A DNA stretch of 64,000 bases from Vicinamibacteria bacterium (GTDB lineage Bacteria; Acidobacteriota; Vicinamibacteria; Fen-336; CBDFGD01): contig CBDFGD010000002.1 in NCBI GenBank assembly GCA_965246965.1, forward strand, positions 3,701,208 to 3,765,207, written 5' to 3'. Shown here in pieces: positions 49,860-60,157 of this stretch. The notes beneath the pieces are model-generated. The model was given only the letters and a program-made list of their open reading frames with translations. It did no database searches and was not told where the DNA came from. Made by a program: the position numbers and the translations under genes. Numbering within the stretch: the first letter of the stretch is position 1; each line of letters opens with the position of its first letter.

Positions 49860-50997
49860 TTGGTATTGACAACCTCGCTGAGCGCTCCGCGCCGGCAGCT
49901 CGCCGCCATCCTGATGCTCTATCTGCTGTCGAACAGTGGATACCTCCAAACCAGCGACACGACGCCGTCCGTCGCGACCGCCGCGTCGATCCTGACCGAA
50001 GGATCACTTCTGATCGACGCGTCGCTGCAGTGGAACCCCGACATCCCTGCGGGCCCGGTGCCGGGCAAGCAATACTCCCGTACGGAATAATCGGCTTGGC
50101 CATCCTCTACCTGCCCGTCGTGGCCTGGCGAGTTGGACGGCCCACCTGGTGCCGTTGTCGGAGCAACGGCTCGTGGCTGTCTTCGTTTCTTTTCTCAACC
50201 CCTTCTTTGGCTTCTGGGCCTGCGTGCTCTTCTACCGCGTTGCGGTCCACTTCGAGTCGGACGAACGCGGCGCGGTGTTCGGGGCACTGGCCCTCGGCGC
50301 GACCACATCGCTCTGGCCCTACTCGGTGCACGACCACACCGAGAACCTCCAGATGCTCGTCTATCTCGCGGCGTATCTGTCCCTGGTGCGGGGCTCAGGT
50401 GCTCGGCCCCTCAAGACTGGACTGCTGGTTGCGGCGCTCGTCCTCATCAAGCCCGCAAATCTAGTGGCCACGCTTCCGTGTGCCGTGTATGTGCTCAAGT
50501 GCGCGCCATCTCCGCGCGTCGGCTGGTCCCGCTTGTCGTGGCTGGGGCTCCCCATTAGCATCGCGGTCGCCGTAGTGCTGGGGCTGAACGTGTATCGCTT
50601 CGGACAGCTGCTCGAGTTTGGATACGGCGGGGCGATGTCGTTCGATCTGTCGCAGGCCCCGTTTCGCCTGGCGCCCTTGCTGCTTTCGCTGGAGGAAGGG
50701 CTGCTCACGTTCAGTCCCGTTCTACTCCTTGCGCTGATCGCCTGGTCCGGGTTCATGGCTCGCTGGCCGCGAGAGGGGTGGTTTGCGCTGGGCCTTTTTG
50801 CTGTGCTGCTCGCCCTCACGGCCAGCTTCGTGCCCCGCGGAGGCTGGCAATGGGGACCCCGTTACCTCGTGCCGACGATTCCCTTCTTGCTGCTTCCGCT
50901 GTTCCAGCAGCGGGCGGTGGGAGCGGCGCACAGACTCCTCACCGCAGGGGTGCTGGTGTCCTCTCGTCGACCCCTGGGCGAGCGAGTCGAACGGTAG
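49860..50997 (+). CDS. Polytopic membrane protein (GT-C / DUF2029-like); two frameshifts within 50085-50150
   Basis: Three successive frames (49860, 50030, 50149) each give hydrophobic segments that join into one ~370-aa multi-TM protein. Confidence 0.4.
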
Positions 50998-51217
50998 GTT
51001 GAATATCTGGTTTCTTCACGCGGCTCGCCAGTTCGCTTTGCCCTGGCTGCGCTGCCTGTCGATTCCGCTGACGCTGTGCATCGCTGTCATTCTCTGGTGG
51101 CTCTTGTCGCTCGGCTGCTCGGGTCCGTCGCCGCCAGCAGATGGACCCGGAGCCACCGTGTCGCCTACGGAGCGAGCAGCGGCGAGCTGAGCGTCAACGA
51201 GACCGGCGATCGTCCCT

Positions 51218-52609
51218 TCAGGCGGCAGCCGCTTCATCGATCCCGACTGTCGGGGGCGAAGCCCCCGTCGCCGGGCCGCGCGCTTCCCACGCCGAATCGC
51301 TGTAGCGGACGTACAACGCCAGGGCCACCGTACCGAGGTGCAGGATCAAGCAACTCCATGCGCCGACGACGCCGAAGCGGGGCGCCGCGAGCAGCGTGGC
51401 CGGAACGAACAACAGCCAGACGCTGCCGATGTTGACGAGCATGCAGTAGGTCGTGTCGCCCGCGCCACGCAGAGCACCCCACAGGACCATCATGACGAGA
51501 TCGACGCCGAGGCATAGGGACACGATCACGAAAAGGGGTCGCGCCCAGATCGCGAGGGCGGGCAGGTCAGCCGGCTCGACGAACGCCGAGATGAGCTGCT
51601 CGGGGAACCCGAGGTAGCCGATCGCCAGGAAGCTCATCAAGACGAAGCCGATCTTCATGAGGCGCCGGACGGCGATTCGCCCGGTTCGCGGCTCTCCGGC
51701 TCCGACGCTCTGGCCGACGAGCGTCGTGGCGCCGACGCTGAGTGCGAACCCGATCGTGAACGCTACGCTCCACGCCTGGATCACCGCGTTCGTCGCAGCG
51801 AGCTGCGCCTCGCCGAGCCGACCGATGATGGCCGTGAAGACCGTGATGCCGCCCATCTCCATGAACGTCTGGACGCCGATCGGCCAGCTCAGGGCGAAGA
51901 GCGTGCCGAAGCTGTGCCGTTCGAAGCGCCACTCGGATCGGAGCTCGTAGGTATCCCGAAACTCGGCGCGCACGAACAGCAGTCCGACCATGAGAACGCC
52001 GATCGTCAGGTTGGCGACCACGGTCCCGATCGCAGCTCCCACCGGCCCGAACGCCGGGGCACCGAACGCCCCGAAGATCAGCACGTAGTTCAAGCCGCAG
52101 TTGATGCCGAGCTTCACGAAGCCCAGCCACATCGGGATGTCGGTACGCCCGACGCCGCGGTAGAAGTTGTCGGCCACCATCAGCGCGACGAGCCCGAGCC
52201 CGCCGAGCAGGCGTACGCGCATGTAGTCGACGGCGATCGTCTGCACGCGCTGCGACGCCCCGGTGAGGGCGAAGATCTTGGGTGCCAGGGGCCACAGGGC
52301 CAGCATCACGATGGCGCAGCCCAGCCCCAGATAGAGTCCCTGCCAGAGGGCGCGACCGACTCCGCGACGGTCTCCTCCGCCGACACCCTGGGCCACGAGG
52401 GTGTTGACGCCCGCGAGCATCCCCCAGAAGAGGCTCAGCACCCACCATGTGATCATGTTGCCGAGGCCGACGCCCGCCAGCGCGGTGACGCCGAGACGCC
52501 CGACCATGATCGTGTCGATGATGCCCATCGCCGTGTAACTGAGCTGGCTCAGCGCGACGGGTGCCGTGATTCTCCCTATGTTCCTGTAGCTGACGTCGAT
52601 CCTGCTCAT
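51218..52609 (-). CDS. MATE family efflux transporter
   Basis: 12-TM protein from MSRIDVSYRNIGRITAPVALSQLSYTAMGIIDTIMVGRLG... typical MATE N-terminus. Confidence 0.85.
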   Translation of the reverse strand: MSRIDVSYRNIGRITAPVALSQLSYTAMGIIDTIMVGRLGVTALAGVGLGNMITWWVLSLFWGMLAGVNTLVAQGVGGGDRRGVGRALWQGLYLGLGCAIVMLALWPLAPKIFALTGASQRVQTIAVDYMRVRLLGGLGLVALMVADNFYRGVGRTDIPMWLGFVKLGINCGLNYVLIFGAFGAPAFGPVGAAIGTVVANLTIGVLMVGLLFVRAEFRDTYELRSEWRFERHSFGTLFALSWPIGVQTFMEMGGITVFTAIIGRLGEAQLAATNAVIQAWSVAFTIGFALSVGATTLVGQSVGAGEPRTGRIAVRRLMKIGFVLMSFLAIGYLGFPEQLISAFVEPADLPALAIWARPLFVIVSLCLGVDLVMMVLWGALRGAGDTTYCMLVNIGSVWLLFVPATLLAAPRFGVVGAWSCLILHLGTVALALYVRYSDSAWEARGPATGASPPTVGIDEAAAA

Positions 52610-52848
52610 TTCCGCCTCGAACGGGGTCTCCCCCAAGAAGAAAAAAGCCCTGGCCGATGCTGCGGCCCAGGGCTTCGATCCGTTCGGCTAGTTTCTAGTG
52701 CTCTAGCTCGAGGGCCTCCGTCCGCAGCGCGTTCCCAGGGGAACGTTCGGCGAGATGACGACGCCGGTGACGGAGGCTTTCATGTCTCTTCTTCGAGGCG
52801 CTGATCTTCGCAAAGCGCTCGCCGAAGGTCAATAGAAAAACGACCGGG

Positions 52849-53757
52849 CTAGAGCGCCTCGAAATGAGTCAGTTCCTTGAACTGCTGAAAGCGCTCTTGA
52901 AGATCGTCGGGGCGCAGCTCGACGAGACGGTCGAGGCTGAAGGCTTCCACGCAGAACGACGCGAGGGCGGAGCCCATGACGACCGCCTGCCGGAGGCTTT
53001 CTTCGTCGTGTTTGGCCGCGCTCGCCAGGTAGCCGAGGAACCCGCCCCCGAAGGTGTCACCGGCGCCCGTGGGGTCGAACACCTTCTCGAGGGGGTAGGC
53101 GGGCGCGGCGAACGCTCCCTGCGGAGAGAACATCAAGACGCCGTGTTCGCCCTTCTTGATGATCAGGGTGTGCGGTCCCATCTCGCGGATCGCCCGAGCC
53201 GCCTTCACGATGTTCCACTCGCCAGAGAGCTGCCGCGCTTCCGCGTCGTTGATCAATAGGATGTCGACTCGCTCGAGCGTCTTCTTGAGGTTCTCGAGGT
53301 GGTCGCCGATCCAGTAGTTCATCGTGTCGCAGGCCACGATCTTCGGCTTCTCCACCTGCTCCAGGACGCGGGACTGGAGGACGGGGTCGATGTTGGCGAG
53401 GAAGACGTAATCGGACCCGCGGTACGACTCCGGAATCTTGGGGTCGAAGTTTTCGAAGACATTCAGCTCCGTCGTCAGCGTTTCCCGAGCGTTCAGATCG
53501 TAGGAGTACTTGCCCTCCCAGAAGAACGTCTTCCCGCTCGCCCGCTCGAGGCCAGTGAGGTCGATGTCGCGACTTGCGAAGGCGGACAGCTGTGCATCAC
53601 CAAAGTCGTCGCCGACGACGGCGACGAGTCGCACCGGAGTGAAGAACGAGGCGGCGACCGAGAAGAACGAAGCGGCGCCGCCGAGAACCCGATCGGCCCT
53701 GCCGAACGGCGTTTCGACGCTATCGTACGCGACGCTACCGACGACGAGAATGGACAC
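52849..53757 (-). CDS. PfkB-family carbohydrate/nucleoside kinase
   Basis: GTG start overlapping the mtnP TAG by 1 nt; ...ILVVGSVAYD... N-terminus and C-terminal ...DPTGAGDTFGGGFLGYL... anion-hole motif. Confidence 0.8.
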   Translation of the reverse strand: MSILVVGSVAYDSVETPFGRADRVLGGAASFFSVAASFFTPVRLVAVVGDDFGDAQLSAFASRDIDLTGLERASGKTFFWEGKYSYDLNARETLTTELNVFENFDPKIPESYRGSDYVFLANIDPVLQSRVLEQVEKPKIVACDTMNYWIGDHLENLKKTLERVDILLINDAEARQLSGEWNIVKAARAIREMGPHTLIIKKGEHGVLMFSPQGAFAAPAYPLEKVFDPTGAGDTFGGGFLGYLASAAKHDEESLRQAVVMGSALASFCVEAFSLDRLVELRPDDLQERFQQFKELTHFEAL

Positions 53758-54653
53758 TACGCGGCTCCTCTGGGCGGCATGTACTTCCCGATGATCGGTT
53801 CCAGCTCGCGCTTGATCTCCTCGGGGACGAGATCGGGCGCGGTCATCAGGGCGTGGGCGATTGCGCGGTGAGCCTCGCACGCCTCGCGCGACGAGTCGCC
53901 GGGAGGCGGCAGGCGGCGCACGGTGGCGCCGACGACCGCCTTCGCCGCCGCCGCGTTCTTCAGCAGCACCGAGATGACCTGATCGACCGTGACCGAGTCG
54001 TGTTCGGGATGCCAGCAATCGTAGTCCGTGACCATCGCCAGCGCGGCGTACGAGATCTCCGCCTCGCGCGCCAGCTTCGCCTCGGGAAGTGCCGTCATCC
54101 CGATGACGTCCATCCCCCAGGATCGGTAGAGTCCCGATTCGGCCTTCGACGAGAACTGGGGCCCCTCCATGCACACGTAGGTGCCGGAGTCGTGGTGAGT
54201 CACGCCGGCCTCTTCACACGCGGCGATGAGGTGCGCGCGGAGCGGCGTGCTGAAGGGATGGGCGAAAGCGACGTGGCCGACGAGGCCTCGGCCGAAGAAG
54301 GTGCTGCTGCGCTGGCGCGTCCGATCGACGACTTGATCGGGAATCAGCATGTGGAGCGGCTCGTACTGCTCCTTGAGGGAACCGACCGCCGAGATGGACA
54401 CCAGCCACTCCACGCCGAGCGTCTTCATCGCAAAGATGTTGGCGCGGGCGTTCAGCTCGTGAGGAAGAATCCTGTGGCCCCGGCCGTGGCGAGCGAGAAA
54501 CGCGACCCGCTTGCCCTCGAAGCTCCCGAGCGTGAGGGCGTCCGAGGGCTTGCCGAAGGGGGTGTCGATCTCGAGGTCCCGCTTGTCCTCGAATCCCTCG
54601 ATGTCGTACAGGCCGCTGCCTCCGATGATTCCGATCGACGCCGTCTCGTTCAT
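53757..54653 (-). CDS. mtnP: S-methyl-5'-thioadenosine phosphorylase
   Basis: MNETASIGIIGGSGLYDIEG...PFGKPSD... and ...GMDVIGMTALPEAKLAREAEISYA... typical MTAP/PNP-family motifs. Confidence 0.8.
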   Translation of the reverse strand: MNETASIGIIGGSGLYDIEGFEDKRDLEIDTPFGKPSDALTLGSFEGKRVAFLARHGRGHRILPHELNARANIFAMKTLGVEWLVSISAVGSLKEQYEPLHMLIPDQVVDRTRQRSSTFFGRGLVGHVAFAHPFSTPLRAHLIAACEEAGVTHHDSGTYVCMEGPQFSSKAESGLYRSWGMDVIGMTALPEAKLAREAEISYAALAMVTDYDCWHPEHDSVTVDQVISVLLKNAAAAKAVVGATVRRLPPPGDSSREACEAHRAIAHALMTAPDLVPEEIKRELEPIIGKYMPPRGAA

Positions 54654-55489
54654 GCAGGCACCTCGCGAAGAATGTGGCGATCGTTCTCGTACGCGACTCG
54701 TCCGAGTGGCGTGCGGCGGTCGTGGTAGAAAAGCACGAGCCAGCTCTCCTCCACAACTCGCGTCAGAAGCTCCCGCTTGGCCTCGAGCGTCGCGACGGGA
54801 AAAAGGTCGTATCCCATGATGAAGGGCAGCGGCAGATGGCTCGTCGTAGGCAGCAGATCGGTAGGCACCACGAGGCGCTCTCCGCCTGCTTCGACGGTGA
54901 CGACCTGATGGTGTCTGGTGTGGCCCCCGACGGGCTTGACGCGAACGCCGGGAACCAGCTCCTGCTCGCCGTCGATCAGGTCCAGCTGACCCGCGTCGGC
55001 GACGGGCACGTAGTTCGTCTCGATGTAGGACGCCCGGTTGCGCTCGTGTGGATGGGTGGCGTCGTCCCATTCGCCCGACTGCACGACATAGCGCGCGTTC
55101 GGGAATGTCGGTGTGATCCTGCCGTCGCGCGCCACGGTGTTGCCGCCGGCGTGGTCGAAATGAAGATGCGTGTTGATGACGACGTCGATGTCTCCGGGAC
55201 CGAGACCGAGGGCAGCCAGGTCATTCAGTAGGGTGCGCGACCTGTCGAGACTGTAGATGCTCGCTTCCTTTCGCGACCATTTGTCGCCCATCCCGGTGTC
55301 GACGAGCACGCGTTTGTCGGCGGCCTCGATCAGGCAGATATTCAGCGCCAGGGACACGCGATTCTTGTCGTCCGGCGGGTCGGTGCGCTGCCAGAGAACT
55401 CGCGGCACGACGCCGAACATGGCGCCGCCATCGAGGGCGAACGCGCCGTCCGAGAGAACGTGGACGCGGATGTCACCGAGCTCGATCAT
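54650..55489 (-). CDS. MBL-fold metallo-hydrolase (lactonase-like)
   Basis: INTHLHFDHAGGN HxHxDH motif; 279 aa. Confidence 0.8.
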   Translation of the reverse strand: MIELGDIRVHVLSDGAFALDGGAMFGVVPRVLWQRTDPPDDKNRVSLALNICLIEAADKRVLVDTGMGDKWSRKEASIYSLDRSRTLLNDLAALGLGPGDIDVVINTHLHFDHAGGNTVARDGRITPTFPNARYVVQSGEWDDATHPHERNRASYIETNYVPVADAGQLDLIDGEQELVPGVRVKPVGGHTRHHQVVTVEAGGERLVVPTDLLPTTSHLPLPFIMGYDLFPVATLEAKRELLTRVVEESWLVLFYHDRRTPLGRVAYENDRHILREVPA

Positions 55490-55899
55490 CGTCGCTCGGG
55501 AGCCGCTTCCTTCAGCTCGATCAACACGCCGGATGCCGCCTTCGGATGGATAAAGGCGACCCGACAGCCGCCGGCGCCGACGCGCGGCTCGCGATCCACG
55601 CGGCGAACGCCTCGCTCGTCCAATTCACGCAGCGCGGCCTCGAGGTCGTCTACCAGAACGCAGATGTGGTGGATCCCCGTCCGCTTTTCCAGGAACTTCG
55701 CGATCACGGAGTCGGGCCCGGTCGGCTCGAGCAGCTCGAGGGTCGAATCGCCGATCGGAAGAAACGCCGTCCGCACCTTCTCGCTCGGCACGTCGTGCCT
55801 GTCCGCGACCTCGAAGCCCAGCGCCTCGTAGGCCGCGATCGCCTCGTCGAGGTCGGGTACGGCGATCCCGACGTGGTCGATGCGCTTCAGATCGATCAC
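55486..55899 (-). CDS. Methylmalonyl-CoA epimerase (VOC/glyoxalase family)
   Basis: 137 aa, IDHVGIAV...ELLEP...IHHICV pattern of MCE. Confidence 0.7.
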   Translation of the reverse strand: MIDLKRIDHVGIAVPDLDEAIAAYEALGFEVADRHDVPSEKVRTAFLPIGDSTLELLEPTGPDSVIAKFLEKRTGIHHICVLVDDLEAALRELDERGVRRVDREPRVGAGGCRVAFIHPKAASGVLIELKEAAPERR

Positions 55900-56864
55900 T
55901 TGCTTCCTCCGAGCGGCAGGCCGATCTTCTGGAAGATGCGGTCCGATGCGGAGAACGGATCGATCTCCCTCGAGACGAGGCGATCGACGGTCCGACGCGT
56001 CTCTTTCTCGCCCAGCTCCTCGCCGACACGTCGCGCCAGCCGCTCGTGGATCGTGTCCTCGAGGAGCCGGCGCAAGTGGGCGCGCCGCTTCTTCTCCAGG
56101 AAGCCGCTCGCCGTTGCCGAGTCGCGGAAGCGGTCGATGGCCGCCATCAGCTCATCGATCCCTACCTCTTCGGTCGCGATCGTCCGGACGATCTCGGGTC
56201 GATGCGCGTCGCTCTCGGCCATCGACAGCATGGACTCGATTTCGGAGAAGACGCGATCGACACCGTCCCGGTCCGCCTTGTTGACGACGAAGACATCGGC
56301 GATCTCCATGATGCCGGCTTTGAGCGCCTGCACCTCGTCGCCGAGCCCGGGAACGAGGACGACGAGGGAGACGTCGGCGGTGCCGGCGACGTCGATCTCG
56401 CCCTGCCCGACGCCTACGGTCTCGACGATGACGACGTCTTTGCCCGACGCCGCGAGCACCGTGATGACGTGCCGCGTGGCCGCGGCGAGGCCCCCGAGGT
56501 GGCCCCGCGTCGCCATCGAGCGGATGAAGGTCCCGGGATCCGTGGCGTGGGACTGCATGCGGATGCGGTCGCCCAGAATGGCGCCACCGCTGAAGGGTGA
56601 AGTGGGATCGACGGCGATCACCCCGACCGTCTTCCGATTGCCGCGGAGATGGCGCGTGATCTGATCGACCAGCGTCGACTTGCCGCCCCCCGGCGGTCCC
56701 GTCACGCCGATCACCAGCGCCTCGCCGGCGTGCGGGAACAGCGCCTCGAGCAGCGGACGCGCTCCCAGCGGGTCGTCCTCGACGGCGCTGATGGCGCGCG
56801 CCACTGAGCGCACCTCTCCCTCGCGCACACCTGTGGCCAAGTCAGTCGCTTCGTTCGGGGTCAC
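55896..56864 (-). CDS. meaB: Methylmalonyl-CoA mutase-associated GTPase MeaB/ArgK
   Basis: GVTGPPGGGKSTL P-loop, ...VETVGVGQ..., ...VNKADR... G-motifs. Confidence 0.85.
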   Translation of the reverse strand: MTPNEATDLATGVREGEVRSVARAISAVEDDPLGARPLLEALFPHAGEALVIGVTGPPGGGKSTLVDQITRHLRGNRKTVGVIAVDPTSPFSGGAILGDRIRMQSHATDPGTFIRSMATRGHLGGLAAATRHVITVLAASGKDVVIVETVGVGQGEIDVAGTADVSLVVLVPGLGDEVQALKAGIMEIADVFVVNKADRDGVDRVFSEIESMLSMAESDAHRPEIVRTIATEEVGIDELMAAIDRFRDSATASGFLEKKRRAHLRRLLEDTIHERLARRVGEELGEKETRRTVDRLVSREIDPFSASDRIFQKIGLPLGGSK

Positions 56865-56901
56865 TTCGAAGAAAAAGGAGGTGCCTAAAGTAGGGAGTCT
56901 A

Positions 56902-58060
56902 CTATCGCACCATGCGCTCGAGACCGAGCAGCCCGCGCGCGATCACGAGACGCTGAATCTCGCTGGTCCCCTCGCCGATCGTACCGAGCTTCGAATCGCG
57001 GAGATAGCGCTCGACGGGGTAGTCCTTCGTGTAGCCGTAGCCGCCGTGGAGCTGAACCGCGTCGGGCGCCACCTCGACTGCGGCCTCGCTCGCATACAGC
57101 TTCGCCATCGAGGACTCGACGGTGTGCTGCTCGCCCGAGTCCCGCAATGACGCGGCCCGCCAGGCGAGCAGTCGCGCCGCTTCGACCTTCACCGCCATGT
57201 CGGCGACCTTCCACTGCACCGCCTGGAAGTCTGCAATGGCGTGGCCGAACTGAGTCCGTCCCTTCGCATACTGGAGCGAAGCCTCGAACGACGCCTGCGC
57301 GATGCCGATCGAGAAGGCGGCGATGCCAATGCGTCCGCGGTCGAGAATGCGCAGAGTGTCGATGAAACCCTGGCCCTGTTCGCCGAGCAGGTTCGCCGCC
57401 GGCACGCGGCAATCCTCGAACGCCAGCTCCGACGTGTCCGAGGAGCGGACGCCCAGCTTGTCCTCCTTCTTGCCCGTCTTGAAGCCGGCTGTGCCGCGCT
57501 CGACGATAAACGCCGAGATGCCCTTCTTGCCCTGGGACTTGTCCGTGACCGCCATGACCACCGCGGTGTCGGCGAAGCCGCCGTTCGTGATGAAGGTCTT
57601 GGAGCCGTTGAGAATCCAGCTCTCACCGTCGCGCACGGCCGTCGTCTTCGTTCCGCCCGCGTCCGACCCAGCGCTGTTCTCGGTCAGGCCCCAGCATCCG
57701 ATCTTCTCGCCCTTGGCGAGCGGCGTGAGGAACTCACGCTTCTGGGCGTCGCTGCCGGCCAGGAAGATGTGACCGGAGCAGAGGCTGCTGTGAGCGGCGA
57801 CGGAGAGCGCGACGCCGGCATCGACCCGCGCCAGCTCTTCCATCACGATCGCGTAGTCGAGGGTCGACATGTTCGAGTCGCCGTACTCCGCGGGCCACAC
57901 CACGCCCATGAGGCCCAGCTCTCCGAGCTTGGCGAACACGGAGCGGGGGAACTCCTGCTTGGCGTCCCATTCGCGGCTGTGGGGGGGCCAGCTCCTGCTC
58001 CGCGAAGTCGCGGACGGTTTTCTTGAGGAGCTGCTGCTCCTCGCTCAGCTTGAAATCCAA
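56902..58060 (-). CDS. Acyl-CoA dehydrogenase; single-base frameshift in a G7 homopolymer (57981-57987)
   Basis: N-terminus [24 protein letters not shown] in one frame; the rest (...[16 protein letters not shown]...[22 protein letters not shown]...) in the 56902..57939 frame. Confidence 0.75.
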
Positions 58061-58202
58061 CGGTCGTCTCCTCGCTCAACAGTGGTGACTCGGCGCGCCC
58101 GGCGAACACCCGACGCCCGGCATGTGGGGGGCCGCCTTCCGGGCATCGTAGAGGATGGCGGCGATGCTCGGCAAGAGCGCAGGGAGGGGTACGATAGACG
58201 CC

Positions 58203-58646
58203 ATGGAGCAGAGTGATCGGTCGGTCCGTAAGCGGGTCGTCTCCGACGTCATGACGAAGGAGCCGGTGACGCTGGGTCCCGAGGACAACCTGATGCACGC
58301 TCTCGAGATCATGCGCCGTCATCGGATCAGGCGGCTGCCGGTGGTGGTAGGCGACCGGTTGGTCGGTCTCGTAGCGGAAGGCGACATCAAGCGGGCACAG
58401 CCGTCGATTCTCTCGAGCAACCAGGACGAGTTCGACCGGGTCATGGAGGGCACCGAGGTCTCGAGAGTGATGATCCGCGAGCCGGTGACGGTGAACGCCA
58501 CGACCACCCTTCTCGAAGTGGCCCAGACGCTCCACAAGACCAAGTTCGGGACGCTGCCCGTCGTCGATGGCGAGAAGCTGATCGGGATCGTGACCGACGC
58601 CGATTGCCTCCGGGTGCTGATCGAGCTGCTCGACTCGGAGGAGTAG
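58203..58646 (+). CDS. CBS-pair domain protein
   Basis: Two CBS motifs (VMTKEPVTLGPEDNLMHALEIMRRHRIRRLPVV and VMIREPVTVNATTTLLEVAQTLHKTKFGTLPVV). Confidence 0.75.
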   Translation: MEQSDRSVRKRVVSDVMTKEPVTLGPEDNLMHALEIMRRHRIRRLPVVVGDRLVGLVAEGDIKRAQPSILSSNQDEFDRVMEGTEVSRVMIREPVTVNATTTLLEVAQTLHKTKFGTLPVVDGEKLIGIVTDADCLRVLIELLDSEE

Positions 58647-59356
58647 CCGTCCCCTTCGCTGACGTCGAGACCTCGTCGGACGCCTACGCCCTTCGCTTCT
58701 CCGGCCCGGTCGGTGAATGGTTTCTGGGGCTCCAGACCCGGCTCACTCTGGAGGCTCTCCGCGGTTTCGGCGGCGGGCGGGCTCTGGACGTCGGGGGAGG
58801 CCACGCTCAGCTCACTGGACCCCTGCTGGACGCGGGCTTCCATGTCACCGTGCTCGCCAGCGACGAGGTGTGTCGCAGCCGAGTCTCGCGTTGGGTGGAT
58901 GCCGGGCAGGCCGATTTCCGGGTCGGGGATCTTCTGCACATGCCGCTCGAGAACGGGAGCTTCGATCTCGTCCTGGCGTATCGGCTGCTGCCTCACGTGG
59001 ATGTCTGGCCCCGCCTGCTCGGCGAGATGAGCCGCGTCGCGAGTCGCGCCGTCATCTTCGACTATCCCACGCGGCGCAGCGTCAACGCCGTCTCGGACCT
59101 GCTCTTCGGAATCAAGCGGGGCGTCGAGGGTGACACCCGACCGTTCACCGTCTTCCGCGATGCCGAGGTGGCGCGCGTCCTGCGAGAGTTGGGCTTCGAG
59201 CCCGTCGCGCGACTCGGCGAGTTCGTGCTGCCGATGGCGCTGCATCGGGCCCTGGGCTGGGCGCCGCTTTCTCGCGCGAGCGAGGGCGTCGCGGCTGGGC
59301 TCGGTCTCCGAAGGCTGCTCGGCTCGCCGGTCATCCTTCGGGCCGACCGGAGATGA
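58604..59356 (+). CDS. Class I SAM-dependent methyltransferase
   Basis: ALDVGGGHAQLT motif I and LVLAYRLLPHV post-I region; start assignment (ATG 58604, overlapping the CBS gene 3' end) is uncertain. Confidence 0.65.
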   Translation: MPPGADRAARLGGVAVPFADVETSSDAYALRFSGPVGEWFLGLQTRLTLEALRGFGGGRALDVGGGHAQLTGPLLDAGFHVTVLASDEVCRSRVSRWVDAGQADFRVGDLLHMPLENGSFDLVLAYRLLPHVDVWPRLLGEMSRVASRAVIFDYPTRRSVNAVSDLLFGIKRGVEGDTRPFTVFRDAEVARVLRELGFEPVARLGEFVLPMALHRALGWAPLSRASEGVAAGLGLRRLLGSPVILRADRR

Positions 59357-60132
59357 GCGAGCCCTGGTCCCTCCGCCTGTATCGGCGTTCGGTGTTGAAG
59401 CGACGCAAGCTGCACGAGCTGACCCGGGCGCTCGGGGAGACCGAGGGGTTTCGCTGCCTGGACCTGGGCTCGGACAACGGCGTCGTGAGCCTGGTGCTTC
59501 GTCGCCGCGGCGGAAGCTGGGCCTCGGCGGATCTCACCGAAGAGGCGACTCAGGCGATCCGCGGACTGGTCGGCGACGACGTGCATCTGATCGACGCTGC
59601 TTCGCTGCCCTTTCGGGAGGGCGAGTTCGACCGCGTCGTCGTCGTCGACATGCTCGAGCATGTGAAGGACGAAGCCGCCTTCGTCTCCGAGCTGATCCGG
59701 ATCACACGCCCAGGCGGGCGGCTGATCGTCAACACGCCGCACCTCAAGCAGACGGCGCTGCGACGCTTCCGCCACGCGATCGGACAGACCGACGAGAAGC
59801 ACGGGCACCTGCGCGCGGGCTACACGGCCGTGCGTCTCGAGGAGCTGCTCGGCACTGACTTCGCGCTCGAGAGCCACCGGACCTACTCGCGCTTCTTCTC
59901 AGAGACCGTCGACGCGGCGATCAACTGGGGAGTGGGGCGCCTCGGAAAGCGAGGGTCGGCGAAGGGGATGGTCGTGACGGGTGGCGATGTGAGCAAGCAC
60001 CGGCGGCTGTTCGCCGCCTACTCTTTGATCTACCCGTTGTGCTGGGCGTGGTCGCAGCTCGACGCCCTGCTCCCCTGGACGTCCGGCTACATGCTCATCG
60101 CCACGGCGACGCGACGCTCTGATGCCAAATGA
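59353..60132 (+). CDS. Class I SAM-dependent methyltransferase
   Basis: CLDLGSDNG motif I, ...FDRVVVVDMLEHV..., ...PGGRLIVNTP.... Confidence 0.8.
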   Translation: MSEPWSLRLYRRSVLKRRKLHELTRALGETEGFRCLDLGSDNGVVSLVLRRRGGSWASADLTEEATQAIRGLVGDDVHLIDAASLPFREGEFDRVVVVDMLEHVKDEAAFVSELIRITRPGGRLIVNTPHLKQTALRRFRHAIGQTDEKHGHLRAGYTAVRLEELLGTDFALESHRTYSRFFSETVDAAINWGVGRLGKRGSAKGMVVTGGDVSKHRRLFAAYSLIYPLCWAWSQLDALLPWTSGYMLIATATRRSDAK

Positions 60133-60157
60133 CTTCAGCGAACCGGCCGCTCGACTC

